Assembly: GCA_964016885.1 (NCBI GenBank)
Contig: OZ024745.1
Coordinates: 79,794,001 to 79,858,000, forward strand
Direction of reading: 5' to 3'
DNA from: Eledone cirrhosa
Lineage: Eukaryota
DNA length: 64,000 nucleotides
The notes beneath the pieces were generated by a model, which was not told the origin of the DNA, searched no databases, and was given only the letters and a program-made list of their open reading frames with translations. Within the stretch, counting starts at the first letter, position 1. Each line of letters begins with the position of its first letter. The position numbers and the translations under genes were made by a program. Below are positions 26,456 through 41,649 of this stretch, piece after piece.

Positions 26456-26537
<82 letters not shown>

Positions 26538-26599
26538 ATAAATATATATGTATATAAATATATATGTATATAAATATATATGTATATATATGTATGTGT

Positions 26600-27004
<405 letters not shown>

Positions 27005-27480
27005 CAGGCCGCTGTCTTATTAACAACTCGCTTTCCACTGATTGACCTCGATGTCACGTGATTGATTCTTTTTGAATTTGCCACAGACGTAGAGGCAGTG
27101 ATTTTCTCAATGGCTAGGATTTCAGTCCACGCTTCGCTATTTCCTTTCCACTGGATTATTTTTTAATAAGTTTCCAGAGTCCTCGCTATGCCTGGAAACT
27201 TTCATGAAAATAGACTTTCCTGACGACGGAATGCTTTTCTATATATTCTTCGGAAAATATATTTACTCCATTCCAGAAACTAATTAGTTGGAAGTGATAT
27301 TTTAGTAAGTAAGTCAATTTTATAATTTTTTTATAATTTTATAATTTTCTTATCTTACGTCTCTCATATTATTGTTCTGCAACCCCATGCATTGAACCAC
27401 AATGTTACTAAGACAAAACCTATATATTTGCTAGCATTGATGTGCATCTGTATGTATATAAATGTTACTAGATATAAATT

Positions 27481-27577
<97 letters not shown>

Positions 27578-27965
27578 ATTGTTTCTACTTTTGGCACAAG
27601 GCCAGCAATTACCCAGCATTACTGGTACTTTATTTTATCTGCCTCTTAAGGATGAAAGGCAAAGTTAACCTTGGCGGGATTTGAACTCAGACCGTAAAGG
27701 GACGTAACTATGCTGGAAAGCATGGCGTCCGACCTTCTACTGATACTGCCAATCCCCCGATTGCTAGTATAGACACAATGTGGCGGGAAGGGAAAGTCAA
27801 TTACATCGATCTCAGTACGTTACTGGTGCTTTATTCTATCGACCCCGTAAGGATGAAAAGCAAAGTAAACATCGGTGGGATATGAACTCAGACCGTAAAG
27901 GGCTGTAACTCTATGCCTAAAAGCATGGTGTCCGACTCTCTACCGATACTGCCAATCCACTGCCC
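27578..27965 (-). mobile_element. Two adjacent tRNA-derived SINEs
   Basis: Same SINE consensus at about 27578-27758 and 27790-27965. Confidence 0.85.
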
Positions 27966-28067
27966 TATATACAGTATTTATATATAATACAAATATACAT
28001 ACATGTATGTATATGAGTATGTACATATAACATTGTGTACGGGCGTGTGTGTGTGTGTGTGTGTATA

Positions 28068-28113
<46 letters not shown>

Positions 28114-28124
28114 TATATATACAT

Positions 28125-28175
<51 letters not shown>

Positions 28176-29527
28176 GCCCTATCCTATTAGCATCGGATTT
28201 AGATTTTTCAGATCTCTCCTTAGATTCAATTCTCTTAATCAATATCAAGTTTATATTTAGTTATTAAGTGCATTCTCTCATACCCCCTCTCTCTCTCTTT
28301 CTCTCCCCCCTCTCTCTCTATATATATATATCTTTCGATTACACACACATATACGCAGAATGACATTAATTTAAGCATATACAACTTTCTGTACATTAAT
28401 ACACACACACGCATTATTAAAATATGCATACATACATACATACATACATACATGCATACATACATATATATATATATACATATATACACATACACACATA
28501 CATACATATACACATAATATACACAAATACCGACACATAAGTGAAAGAGAGAACATGCACATACATTAATGTGCATATTTAAATACATTCGCGCCTACAT
28601 ACTTAAACATACATATCTTCACACTCATTATGCGTAAGTACTTATATATAAATGTGTATGTGTATGTGTGTATGTGTTTGTGTGTGTGTGTGTGTGTAAA
28701 CACAATCGAACTTACACATATATATACTAAAATCTGTTATGTCTAATTACTGTCAAAATGAAAACGTGTTGAGAAAAATTGTAAATATTTTGCAACAAAA
28801 AAGAGCAAAAGCAAATTTTGAAACAAGCAAAAAGTGTGTAAAAACCAGCAAAACTGGCATAAATGAAAACACAAGAACCTCATCTCATCTCAAATGCATT
28901 ATCCCGAATGCATCTTTGCACACTTCATGTCTACAAAACCTTTCCACTTCGATATGCATACCATGTACAAACATAACTTGTACAAAAATTGTAGCGCATA
29001 TCCAAATAGATGTGTTTTGGTAGTTTGGGGAGAAAATATAATTATTCCACCACCAATGTAGGTATATAATTTTAAAAAATATGCTTTGTACCCTTTCCTA
29101 AGGGGTTAATATATCGAGCGTCTTCGCATTTGGTAATAAACTGGTATTATTCCCAATTTATTCATCCCCTGTACACGCCTTGAATAATACCCCCTCCCCC
29201 CCCGCTTATTAATTTGTCAGATCCCTCGCCTCTGGTTTTTATTCCAGCCCCAAAACCTCACCCGCTTATTAAATTTTGCTAATCTATCTCCGGCGAAATT
29301 TTATTATAAGTGATTTATACAGCAGCTGGAGAATCTAATAATTATTTTATTTTACATTAAAAAAAACATTATATAAAAAGGAACAGTACAAAAGGGAACA
29401 GTACAAACAATCCCATAGTTACAAACGTACACTATACAATTACTGATTTCCCAAGCCACCCCCTCTCCATTATTGCCACCCCCTCTCCATTATTGCAACC
29501 CTCATATTATTTGGGACTCGAGAGTAC

Positions 29528-30122
29528 CACTAAACTCTCCCCTTCTCTATGTCTATCACACAAAACTCTCCTTTAATCCGCCTCTCTGTATCTACTAAAA
29601 CCAAACTCTACCCCTCTCTATACACCGCCTCTCTATATATATGACTAATACACTATCTTACTCTCTATAAATATCTACACTGATCTGTCTCAATCCCCCT
29701 CTTTATATCAATCACTCCTAAACTCTCACCCTCTCTATATCTACCATACAACTCTCTCTCTCTCATTCCCTCTCACTCTATCTATCACTACCAAACTCTC
29801 CCCCTTTCTATATCTACTACACCGTCTATCTCTATCAATCCTCTCCCTCTATTCATTACCACCAAACTCTCTCCTTCTCTATATCAATTAGCACCAAATT
29901 TACCCCTTTCTATATTTACTACACAGAACTCTCTTCCAATCCCCCTCTCTATATCAATTACCATCAAACTATCCCCCTCTATATATCTACCATACAACAC
30001 TCTCTCTCATTCCCTCTCACTCTATCCATCACTACCAAACTTTCCCCTCTCTATATCTATCAAAACATATCTCTATCAATCCTCCCACTCTATTCATTAG
30101 CACCAAACTCTCCCCACTCTAT
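29528..30122. repeat. Degenerate CT-rich minisatellite (about 30-35 bp unit)
   Basis: Recurrent accaaactctcccc..ctctatatctac. Confidence 0.75.
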
Positions 30123-30845
30123 AATTGGAGCAATATCTCTTGTCTCCCTTTTTGAAAATTGGGATTATCACTCTCGTTTGCCATTTCTTAGGTGCCAAAT
30201 TCAGGCACGAGTCAGCCAGAGAATATCTATTTAAAGCTTTTAACATCTCGGATCAGATTTCACCTTCTCCGGTGGCCTTGCCACATTTGGTCTCTTTAAC
30301 TGCTCTTGTGGCCTCAGACTCCTAGAGATTAGTCACCTCTCCCAGATGCTAGTAATTTGAGAAGAAGGAGAAAGTCGATTAAATAGACTCCAGTGCGCTA
30401 TTGGTACTTTATTTTCATCAGAAAATACTTTTGTGATCGGATTGAGGAGATCAGCAAATTATTCTCTCCACCTCGCAAGGATGCACCTCTCTGAAGAGAA
30501 AAGAACACCAGGCGCGTTCCTGATAGCACGTGGAGAGGAAGACTTCTTATTACGAAGTCGGTGGATGATCTGCCAGAATACTTTATTTGTTGATCTGAAG
30601 TCATATTCCAGCTTAACCTCAAAGTCTTCCCATGTCTTAACTTTGGACGTCTTTATTGTCTCTGCTGCAATTTTTCGTGCCTACTTGTGCCGCATGTGCA
30701 AGAAAGAGGACTTATTTACAAGCCAAGCTTTGTAAGCCTCTTTCTTTGCTCGGATGGCACCTTTGATCTCTTGATTTAACCATGGGGTCCTCCTACCACA
30801 TGATACCACACGGAGTCGCTTTCGCCCGTAGCATTTAACAGCTGA
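30120..30845 (-). mobile_element. RTE-clade LINE internal fragment, interrupted by a SINE tail (about 30345-30415)
   Basis: Minus strand gives TPWLNQEIKGAIRAKKEAYKAW...KVFWQIIHRLR...ILARWRE and GKATG..EI..EMLKAL...IIPIFKKGD..CSNY. Confidence 0.7.
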
Positions 30846-31263
30846 AGCAAAAAAACAGAAATAATGTGATACATTTAATTATAATTATCGCAAATAGGAA
30901 AACAACATACTGACAGATTAATGAGGCCCGAACCTTCTGCCTATCTTTAGATATGATAATGAGAGCTTAAGTTGGAAAGTTCAGAAATGAGTACATCAGA
31001 GCAACACCAAACAAATGCATACTATTGAAGGACAGTCTATTTGCTAATTGTAGAGAATTGTAGAGAATTTCACCTTTGCAAGTTGGCTGTTACTTAATCC
31101 GGGTGAGCTGTCTAAAACGGAGTGTTTCTAGCGGTAAGATAATATGGAAGCTGGTATCTGTCACGATCTCTTAATGGATCTTAATCCTTTAATTCTTATC
31201 ACACTTGGAATAATTCTATATAGATTAAATGATGACTTAGCGACATATTACTTGTGGATAGTA

Positions 31264-31352
<89 letters not shown>

Positions 31353-31355
31353 AAC

Positions 31356-31404
<49 letters not shown>

Positions 31405-31460
31405 TACGGTAAACATGCTGACTAAATGGGGTTGCGTATGTAACGCACCAATCAGTAAAT

Positions 31461-31645
31461 AATTGTTTCTACTTTTGGCACAAGGCAAGCAATTACCCAG
31501 TGCATTACTGGTACTTTATTTTATCGACCCCGTAATGATGAAAGGAAAAGTTAACCTCGACGGGATTTGAATTCAGAATGGCAAGGGCCGTAACTCTATG
31601 CGTCAAAGCATGGCGTCAGACCCTCTACCGATACTGCCAATCCAA
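31461..31645 (-). mobile_element. tRNA-derived SINE with TSD aatcagtaaata
   Basis: Consensus match and flanking direct repeat. Confidence 0.85.
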
Positions 31646-31974
31646 TAATCAGTAAATACTGATACAATTCGATTCAACCATTCAACGTCATGTTTTTTTT
31701 TCTTCCAAATGTAATTTGTCAGTCAGTGACGGAGTATGTGTAGAATAAGGAAAATGCGAAGTTCGATGTAGGTGTTAAAGAGTTCTTTATTAACAAAGCT
31801 GTGATGCACATTTCAATGACGATCCTGGCCACATGATTGTTCAAACAGGTAACCGGTCACGCGATATCATCAGACAGCATCCTTATGTAATAAAGTTACG
31901 TTTCCGAGGCAATCCAATCTAAAGACAAGGAAACGGACAAAAATGATGTTTTCATAGCCGAATCTAAAGACAAG

Positions 31975-32185
31975 GAAGCGGACATTCCCCGTGGTACTTT
32001 GCATCCTTGAGCAAGACATTTTATTTCATATGGCTTCAGTCCATTCAGCTGGCAAGTGTGTTGTACTTGATGAATAGTCATTAGAATTACCTTACGCGTC
32101 TGTGGAATACTCAGCCAATTAAACGTTAAGTTCCCGAGAAGAATGATCCATTTTATGAAACAACTGTAACGCTTGTAGACTGACT
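31975..32185 (+). mobile_element. Old CORE-like SINE remnant
   Basis: tccttgagcaagacattttatttca...cagtccattcagctggcaa resembles the CORE-type central domain (recalled, not searched). Confidence 0.4.
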
Positions 32186-32461
32186 CAAAGAATTGAGTTT
32201 ATGCTTTTTGACAACCATTAGAGCAGAGATTTGGACCTAATACAAACGCACACACACACACACATGCACACAGATACGCACATACACACAGACACACACT
32301 CACACACGTACACGCATACGAACTCTCTACCTGCGTTTAATTTCGTGTGGATTCTCACTCTAACAGTTCTAGCTAGCAGTATTTTTTCAAAATATTACAG
32401 TAAATCTTCAAATTAATTATGACGGATCTTCTAAAAAGGCAGTGAAGTTACCAATTCCATT

Positions 32462-32589
<128 letters not shown>

Positions 32590-33018
32590 TGTTTACTTTG
32601 TTATTTCTGTTTGCCTTTTGCATATATATATATATATATTAATAGAATATTTCATTTTATATTATAATTCTGTCTTCTCATTTTTTCCTCTCTTCTTTTA
32701 CAAGATTTGCAAACACTCGGTATCCTGTCTGCGGGACATTTGCATGGTCTAAATATATATATATATATATTTATATGTGTTCAAGTCCTTAAATAGAATA
32801 CTAGTAAGTAGATAATATACAGACACTCAGCCAAACGCACACATGCAGACGCATACATACACACATATATTTATATATGTGTATATATATATAAAAAAAA
32901 ATATATATATATATAGATACATACATATAGATATATATATGTTTATATTTATAAAATATATATATAATATATAATATATGTATAAATATTCATATATATA
33001 AACACATATACACGCACG

Positions 33019-33103
<85 letters not shown>

Positions 33104-33243
33104 GTATATGTAATATGTGTGTGCGTCTCCTTCGACTATTGTGTCAGGTAGATATTAGAATTTTGGAATGAATTGTATTTTCATTTCTATTTAGAGTAAT
33201 CCTGCTTCAGAGGAAAATGTCTCTAAAAGAAAATCCACTAATT

Positions 33244-33314
<71 letters not shown>

Positions 33315-33559
33315 TACATGCATGCATATATACATACATATATATATGCGTAAAGTAAACAGATAAACAACACACAGGGAAGCAATACAGTACAATGAAG
33401 ATATATAATACTTTAAAGCTTGATACAGTATAAATGACTTTTATTTTTTAGACGCCAATCCTTCATCAGAAGAGAGAATGTGAAATATAAGACGAAATAG
33501 AAAAAATAAGACCTATGTAAGAAGGAGAAGAAACTGAAATAGATTTTTTTTTTTACGCG

Positions 33560-34960
33560 TGTGTGTATTCACGTGTATGCTTAGCCACCCATTTGTGGAT
33601 TTGTTCGACATGTTTCTGGTCCGTTTTGGATCAGGCGCTCCATTCATGGTCTGGACCAATTCTCCTGTTTGATTTTGATTATTTCCAGGCTTCTGATGTC
33701 ATCTTTGATGTCGGCTACGACAGCAGCCATCAGCCAGGGAAATGGCTATTGCGGGCGGGACTTGGGTGACTCGCACTCTTACGAGTCTTTCGCCGCAGTA
33801 GCTTGGGACCAGAGTGAGCTCATCGTTCTTTAGTGGCACCATGGAGTGTTCTCTGGCTTCCTGTGGGGTGGCAAACAACACTTTCACGGTTTCATATCTT
33901 CTCCCACGAGCCCATAAGGCTCCCAAAGCCTTTTGTACTTGGGACTGCTATACCCGGTGTGTTTTTAAGTTAATTGTATGGTATGATACCGTACATAGCC
34001 GTCGGTGTTCCGTGATGGAGGAGTGAGGCTGACCGTCTATCCATTTTTTTCACCATTTGTCTGGCTTCAACCAGTTCCTCGTGAGTCCCCGTGACCATTT
34101 CGTTTTTGTTTGCAGCTCTCGTAAAACATACGTTTAGTCTTGCGATGCCGTTGATGTTGTTGTTGTTATTCTTATTGTTATGTTATTGCTGTTGTTGTTG
34201 TTGTTGTTGTTCATGTTATTGTTGTTGCCATTTAGATTGTCGTTCTTGTCGGCGTTACTGTTATTTTTAATGATTGCTTCTGTTATATTTATTGTTGCAT
34301 TGTTAGTGGTGTGGTTGTTATTGATTTTGGTTTCTTATATAGGCACAAGGCCAGTGATTTTGGAGGAGGGGGAAAGTCGATTAAATCGACCTCAGTGCGT
34401 GACTGGTACTTTATTTTATCGACCCCATGAGGATGAAAGGCAAAGTTAACCTCGGCGGGATTTTGAACTCAGATCATAAAGGGCCGTAATTCTTTGCTGC
34501 AAAGCATGGCGTCCGACTCTCTACCGATACTGCCAATCCACCGCCCTCGTGGTTGTTATTGATATTGTTGTTCATGTTGTTTCTGTTATCGTTGTTCATG
34601 TTCTTATTTCTTGTGTTCTCGCGGTTGTCTATGTCGATTTAATTTTTTATTTTCAATTGTTGTTGTTGTTGTTGTGGTGGTGGTGATAGTGTTAGTGGTG
34701 TTGGATATGTTTGCCGTCGTTGTAGTGGTGGTGATAGCGGCATTCACGTAGGTAAATATTGGCAAAGGTGGAAAATCTAATTTGTTAGTAGTTGCTGCGC
34801 GGGATAAATTTTGATTATTGTTGTTATTGTGTCAGCGATGCTGTCTGTAGTGTTAATAATGGTATCACCGTTCATAAAGTTGGTGGGGAGAACGGTGCCA
34901 ACGTTAGAGCCGCTGTCACGTGACAGCTGACTTCACTTTCCGTTCATATTCTTTTAAAGA
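33560..34960 (-). mobile_element. Degraded Tx1-like ORF1 fragment
   Basis: RGRRYETVKVLFATPQEAREH...LVPSYCGERLVRVRVTQVPP is homologous to 56880-57060, with an Asn-rich N-terminal region. Confidence 0.7.
34326..34548 (-). mobile_element. tRNA-derived SINE inserted in the Tx1 ORF1 fragment, 15-bp TSD gtggttgttattgat
   Basis: TSD at 34311-34325 and 34549-34563. Confidence 0.88.
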
Positions 34961-35157
34961 ATAAGTATCAAATATTTGGGCCTTCGACCCAAATATTATC
35001 GAGTGTCCTTTATAGAGAGCAATATATATGAACCTATCAACAATTAACAACAACAAATTTCCACAAATAGCAATTCAAAACAACTTAAAAACAACAAATC
35101 TTCTAGAGCCGATATCAATACGTCCGTTGAAAATGAGAAACAAAATAATGATAATAA

Positions 35158-35340
35158 TAATTGTTTCTACGTTAGGCACAAGACCAGCAATTACCCAGTG
35201 CATTACTGGTACTTTATTTTATCGACCCCGTAAGGATGAAAGGCAAAGTTAACCTTGGCGGGATTTGAACTCAGAATGGCAAGGGCCGTAACTCTATACG
35301 TCAAAGCATGGTGTCCGACCCTCTACCAATACTGCCAATG
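35158..35340 (-). mobile_element. tRNA-derived SINE
   Basis: Consensus match. Confidence 0.85.
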
Positions 35341-36061
35341 ATAATAAGTTACCCATGGCACTATCAACTGCTGTAAAATGAATAAACGAAAGTGAACAAC
35401 AATTTGATTCTTCTAAAACACAATTAATTCATTTTCACAACCCCGAATCTATCAATTATCAATGTAATGGAATATATTTAATGAATCAGTTATCAACACC
35501 ACAAAAACCAATTTAAATTGTTGGTGTTTGGTTACAATCAGACATGAAATGCGAAGTTGTTTGAAAAAAAATGGCCTTATTTATATCATAAAATTATATC
35601 ATTGTTTAACATACAAACACTTGACATTATACAAACGCTCAATTTGTACATGTTACTTGGATATGCGGAGATATTAGTACTGCCTAATGAAAAATTGTTA
35701 TATTATTCTGTTTCTTAAGCTCTCCCCCGATAAAGCAGGATTAACTACCATTCAGTTATTAATAAAAGAACTCGCAAGCACAAATTGTTAATTGATCAAT
35801 TTAAACAAGGAAGTAATGTAATATTTGGCCACCTGTCTGGGAGTAACAATAAAAAAAACAATATTGAAATAATGTTTTTAAATGTTTAAAGAATGCACCC
35901 AAGGAACAGACTATCATAATATCTGGATTAGTTGCAGAAATGGATTAAATAAAAACAATGTCATAGGGCAGGGAGCTACTCGGAAATTTCAACATACAAA
36001 TACATATATCAACTTATAATTTTATCATGATTTTACAAAATTAATGTAGAGTGGTAGATAA

Positions 36062-36270
36062 TAAGTGTTTCCACTTTTGGTACAATGCTAGCAATTTGAG
36101 AAGGAGAAAGTCGATTAAATAGACTCCAGTGCGCTATTGGTACTTTATTTTAGCGACCCCGTAAGGATGAAAGGCAAAGTTAACCTCGGTGGAATTTGAA
36201 CTCTGAACGTAAAGAGCCGTAACTCTCTACCGCAAAGCAAGTTGTCTAATTCTCTGCCAATCCACCGCCC
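36062..36270 (-). mobile_element. tRNA-derived SINE
   Basis: Consensus match. Confidence 0.82.
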
Positions 36271-36527
36271 TGAGTATTATAGAGAATAATAACAACTTTA
36301 GATTCTACTAAATAAGTACCATGAGATTTTTTTATTTTTTTTATTTACTGATAGTTTGTCTAATCTACGAGTATTTCAATCAAGAAAAATACGTTGGGCT
36401 AAAAAATCGGATATTTATTTGAAAGTAATTAACAGGTAACAAATTGTTTAAACACCAGGTTATACAGATATGGGAAACAAGAAAACTGATGCATTCGCAA
36501 ACGAAATAAAAAAAAGTATAAAAAAGA

Positions 36528-36681
36528 ATTACCCAGTGTATTACTGGTATTTTATTTTATCGACCCCGTAAGGATGAAAGGCAAAGTTAACCTCGGTTTG
36601 ATTTGAACTCAGAATGGCAAGGGCCGTAACTCTATGCTGCAAAGCATGGCGTCCGACCCTCTACCGATACTGCCAATCCAC
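36528..36681 (-). mobile_element. tRNA-derived SINE (3'-truncated)
   Basis: Consensus match. Confidence 0.82.
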
Positions 36682-37197
36682 ATACCAAATCTATCACAAG
36701 TAAAACCATTTAGTAAAAACCTAATCAATCAAGTGTGGAAATGTTATTGGTAAAAATCATTAGATAAACTATTAAGCTTTAATCCTCCATTCTTTCTACT
36801 ATTTTATAGAATTTACCAGCTACTAGATTATACAAATAACCAAAAGATTTTGTTGACTACGGAGCGAAATAGAATATATATTACGAAAAGTTCGTACCAA
36901 TCCCTTCGACGTTCTCGTCGAGACTATTCAGAGTTTTCATGGCATTATAAATTCCAGGAGTAACGTTAACAAATTTTGAGAGACAAAATGTTAAAACTAT
37001 TTTAAAAATACAATTAATTTACAAGGGCCAGCAAATAAAATATTTCAATACATAGAAGCAATAAAAAGATTTACCAGCAAAATGAAAATTTTTTTTTTTT
37101 TCTTAAACTTGATTTGTATGGTATTAGATATCATTTTATACTATGTTATGGCTTTCTTGCTTCAGGAAGACATTTTAATTAATTGAATAAACAAATA

Positions 37198-37256
<59 letters not shown>

Positions 37257-37257
<1 letters not shown>

Positions 37258-40200
37258 AGCTGCATTTAACTTGCTTTATGTTCATACGAGTTATCACCAA
37301 GTCACAACCAGTGACCTCAAGAGACAACAAGGTCCGCCATGTTCAAGAAAGAACATACATACTCACACATGCATCTTTATTGACAGAATCTTCCTTAGTA
37401 TATGGGCAGTTCCCATTAGTACTATCTTTTGTATTTCTCCTATACGCGGGTTTCCTGGGATTTGCGATAAGTAATCATTAGACCCCTTAGGTATCATTCC
37501 TAGAGCGCCTACAACCACTGGTATTGTTTTAGTTCTCAATTTCCACATTTTTCCAATTTCTATCTCCAGGTCCTTATATTTGCTCAATTTTTCAAATGTT
37601 TTTATAGATACATTCTTGTCTATTGGAACGGACATATCAATTAGCAGGCATACCCTCTTTTTAAAGTCCTTCAGTATTATATCAGGTCTATTTGCATCTA
37701 TTTTTCGGTCTGTTTGGATGCTAAAGTTCCACAAGATTGAGATGTGATCTTTTTCAAGTATGGGAGGTGGTTGATGCTCCCACCAATTCTTTTGATGGGG
37801 CAGGTCGAAATGCTTACACATTATCCAATGTATGTATTGTGCAGCTCTGTCATGCCTGTTTAGGTATTCGGTTGGAGCTATAGGACTGCACATTGAAATT
37901 ATATGGTCAATGGTCTCTGGTTGTTTTTTACATACACGGCATAATGGGCTGCATCCATTTTTTATTATGTTGGCTTGGTAATTTTTTGTTGGCAGACACT
38001 GATCTTGTGCTGATATAATCAGTCCTTCAGTCTCCGATTTCAGTCCAGAGGATGCCAACCACTGATGGGTTAAAGTTTTGTCAACATCAGGATTGTTAGC
38101 TCGTTCTGGGTATTTTCCATACAGAGGCTTTTCTTGCCATTTCTTAGCCAGTTTCTGTATCAGTTCTTTCTTTGCAGTTACTTTTACCTGCTTTGCTTTT
38201 TCTGTGTTTTCCATTTCAGCAGTAAATGGGACTTCTGAAATTTGTAGTCCATTACTGTATCTTTGTGCATCTTTTGTAATGGAGTATGATCTTTTGATGC
38301 TTTCGTGTTTCAAAACGAGTTTGATCATCCAATCATGTGATTCCCTTAGATATGTAGATAATCCAATTGTTGCAGTTTTCAACGCAATGTCTAACTGGAT
38401 TAACCCACGTCCTCCTTCTTTCCTAGGGAGATATATTCTATCTGTATCTGCCTTAGGGTGATGCATTCTGTGCATGGTTAAGAATTTTCGAATTTTTGTA
38501 TCGAGCCTACGGATCTCTGTGCTTGACCAGTTGATGACATTGTAACTGTAGGTTACTACTGGTATGGCAAGCGTGTTTATGGCATCGATCCTATTCCTTG
38601 CATTCAATTCCGTTCTTAAGATTGCTCTTACTCTGCGGTAACATTCCTTCCTTATCCTTTCCCTCATTGTCGAGTGCTTGATTCCGTCTCCTTCACAAAC
38701 ACCTAGATATTTGTAAGTTTCCTCTTGATCAAGTTCTCTTATCACATTCCCCCGATCAAGATTAATGTCTGAACTTTTCAGCAGCTTTCCTCTGGTGAAC
38801 GTTGCTTTGGCGCATTTATCTAGTCCAAACTACATTTTAATGTCATCACTGAACTGCTCCAATTGTTCATCATTTTTTGCAAATAGTTTCAAGTCATCCA
38901 TGTAGAACAAGTTATTAATGGCTTTGTCATAGACTTTATATCCATGTTTTGTTTCATTGAGCATTTTACTTAATGGTATAAGTGCGATGCAGAATAAAAG
39001 CGGTGATAAAGAGTCACCCTGAAAAATTCCACAATTAATATTAACTTCTCCAGCTTCCAGTGATTTTGTTTCACTATTCAAAAGGAGTGTCGTTTTCCAT
39101 GTCTTCATACTGAATGACAAAAACCCCCTGACAACGGGAGATATTTTGAAAATCTCTAAACATTTTTCAATCCAACTGTGTGGCAAACTATCGAATGCTT
39201 TTTTATAATCTATCCAAGCAATTGATAGAATTTTGTATCTATTATGACAATCTTCCAGTATCATTTTGTTAACCAAAAGCTGATCCTTACAGCCATATGA
39301 GCCTCGTTTACACCCTTTCTGTTCAATGGGAAATAGGTCATTTGTTATCAGGTGGTCATATGTATATTCAGTTAGGACTGATGTTAAAATTTTATACATT
39401 GTGGTCAAGCAAGTTATCGATCTGTAATTTTGGGGATTGTTTGTCTCATCATTCTTCGGAAGCAGGAATGTAATGCCGTTAACTAGCCATGATGGTATCT
39501 TTTCTGGCTCCTTAACTATTTCATTGTAAAGTTGGGCTAACAGCTCATGAGAAGGTCTTTATCCAAAATTTTGTATTTTGTCTTTTCCTGGGGATTTCCA
39601 TTTGCTGGTTTTTCTAAGAGCCAAACGCAACTGTTCAACTGTTATATTTTCCCATATTTGTTCCTCAAGGTGAGCTGTATCTTTCATTTGTCTGTCTATC
39701 CATGGGGCATGTATATTATGAACTTTTTCTTCGGCCCAGATCTTTTCCCAGAATTCTTGCACTTCCTCCTTGGGTGGTATTGATTTAGCAGTTATTGTTG
39801 ACTTACCATTTTTTCTGTAGAAGTTTCTTTGGTTGTTTTTGAACATATTATTGTCCTTATAGAATCTAGATCGTTTTTCAAAGCGCCTTATACGAGCAGC
39901 TTTGGCCGACACTTTTTGCTTGATTATTTCTATCAGCATGTCTATGTCACTTGTTGATTTTATACTGTACTTTCTTTTCAATTTTCTAAGTTTAGTTTGT
40001 TTAACATGTTCACCTACTTTATAGTTTGTTAAAATGTCTATGTCAGATCGGAGAAGGTTTATTTGGCGATTGATGTTCTCTTGCCAAGTAGATTTCTTGT
40101 GGGAATTCCTTTGTTTTTTCATTTTCACTCCACATAAGTGAGTGGTGACTTTAGCCGATGCATAATAGAGATGATTTAAATCAGTAATGTTTAGTTTGTT

Positions 40201-41236
40201 TGTGATGATAATGTTTTTGAGAATTATGTTAGTCTTGTGTATTATCTTTTGGTTCTGTTTGGAGTTCTGGATCTTAGGGAGGGTGTCTCGTTCCCCCATG
40301 TCAGATTCTTTCATTTTCATCCATTCGATCATAATTTCATCCTTCAAGTTGGCAAGTTCATTCTCATTCATTTCTTTATCATTTACGATCTCATTGTTTT
40401 GATTTTGAGTTTCATCTTGAGCATGCACTCCCTCCACTTTTTCGATCCTTTCTTTAATTTGTTCTGTTGTCAGTGATTCCGCCCCAACCCTGGGATTCGA
40501 AGTGTTACAATTTACCTCGTTTTCACTGACACATGTTTCATTTTCCCTTCGCTGACTTTGTGCTAATAGCTTGATCTGATCAATTTCTATATCAGTTAGT
40601 AACTTTTTTTTTTACAATATTTCTTCGTATATTGGCTAGTTTGTTACTGTCAATATAGCCTCTGTTTTCGGAATGTTTCTTTTTCCAGTTGATATATGTC
40701 TGTTCTGTATTCGATGTATTTGATGGGTAGTACATGGCAGTGTAGAAAGCCTCAAGGACTTCTTTATTATCTTCCCTTGACCATTTTTCGCTCTTTTTCT
40801 TTGGATTTCTTGGTGGTGAGCATGGAGGGCCAACAGTAGGAGTATTCCGGTTATGGGAGGTCTCCAGCTCCGAAGTGATGGGAAGGTTTGAACCATTAGC
40901 TGATTTTTCGACCCCAGTCTGGTTCCTCTCTGAGGGACGCGGCCTTTTTTGACCCAGGTGACGGCCGATCCGGTATGAGATTTTATCATTTGACATTTAC
41001 TTTATTTTGTCGCGTTTTATCCTTATCCGCCAAGGGGTAATCATTTCGTGTTACCACTTCTAGGACGAGTGTCAACCAAGACTAGAGGGGTCGTCCTCCC
41101 CTAGAGACACGGCTATTCCCCGCCGGCCGCCATCCCGGTATTTCTTGGTCACGGGGTTTTCTTTTTTGTTGTGTTTTTAAATTGTTATTATCATGAGTGG
41201 TTCCTTAATGTAAGCATTGCGTGGCTTAAGAATGAA
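37257..41236 (-). mobile_element. Near full-length R4/Dong-clade non-LTR retrotransposon (RT plus restriction-like endonuclease) in (TAA)n
   Basis: Broken ORF (40592-40996, 39559-40437, 38830-39408, 37363-38745) with EQKGC, WIDYKKAFDS, GIFQGDSLSP, YMDDLKLF, CRVC..ETIDHIISMC, RHD, RPDI and KLSKY. TAA-type repeats on both sides. Confidence 0.92.
37363..38745 (-). pseudogene. R4/Dong RT thumb, CCHC and RLE endonuclease
   Basis: YKYLG, LPRKEGGRGL, CCHC finger, PD..D..K motif. Confidence 0.88.
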
Positions 41237-41302
41237 ATTATTAATAATATAATATTATTATTATTATTATTATTAATAATATAATATTATAATATTATTA
41301 TT

Positions 41303-41514
41303 GTTCTTTGAGTCTCAGTCATTGATGTTAGTTAACTGGAAAGTTTGTTGAAATGAATATCAAGCCACTACCTGCAGCCTCAGATATTCAGGACGTATCG
41401 GAGGGTTCTTGCTGTTCCCCGGAAGCATGCCTTTTGAAGCGTTCCAAAAAGCGTAGTGGGGCCAATTTTCTTTAACCATCCCTGGAAACTTTTTGAGATA
41501 GTACCTGGTGCGCC
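41303..41514 (-). mobile_element. 3' stub of a second R4/Dong-like family, between (TAA)n tracts
   Basis: GAPGTISK...LQKACFRGTARTLRYVLNI* parallels GALGMIPK...IQKIVLMGTAHILRKILS. Confidence 0.72.
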
Positions 41515-41536
41515 TATTATTATTATTATTATTATT

Positions 41537-41638
<102 letters not shown>

Positions 41639-41649
41639 ATAATAATAAA

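Larger units (their letters stand above)
24279..26460 (+). mobile_element. 5'-truncated Penelope-like element with an inverted upstream pseudo-LTR
   Basis: 24320-24686 is the reverse complement of 26097-26460. HHRs at 24439-24476 (-) and 26306-26343 (+). (TA)n on both sides. Confidence 0.9.

Noticed and set aside
31726-32080. Solo LTR
   Set aside because: No convincing TSD or TG..CA pair, and part of it is better explained as a CORE-like SINE.
35640-37000. Host exons in the less repetitive AT-rich stretch
   Set aside because: Only short AG..GT-bounded frames with no recognisable protein similarity; cannot be supported without transcript data.
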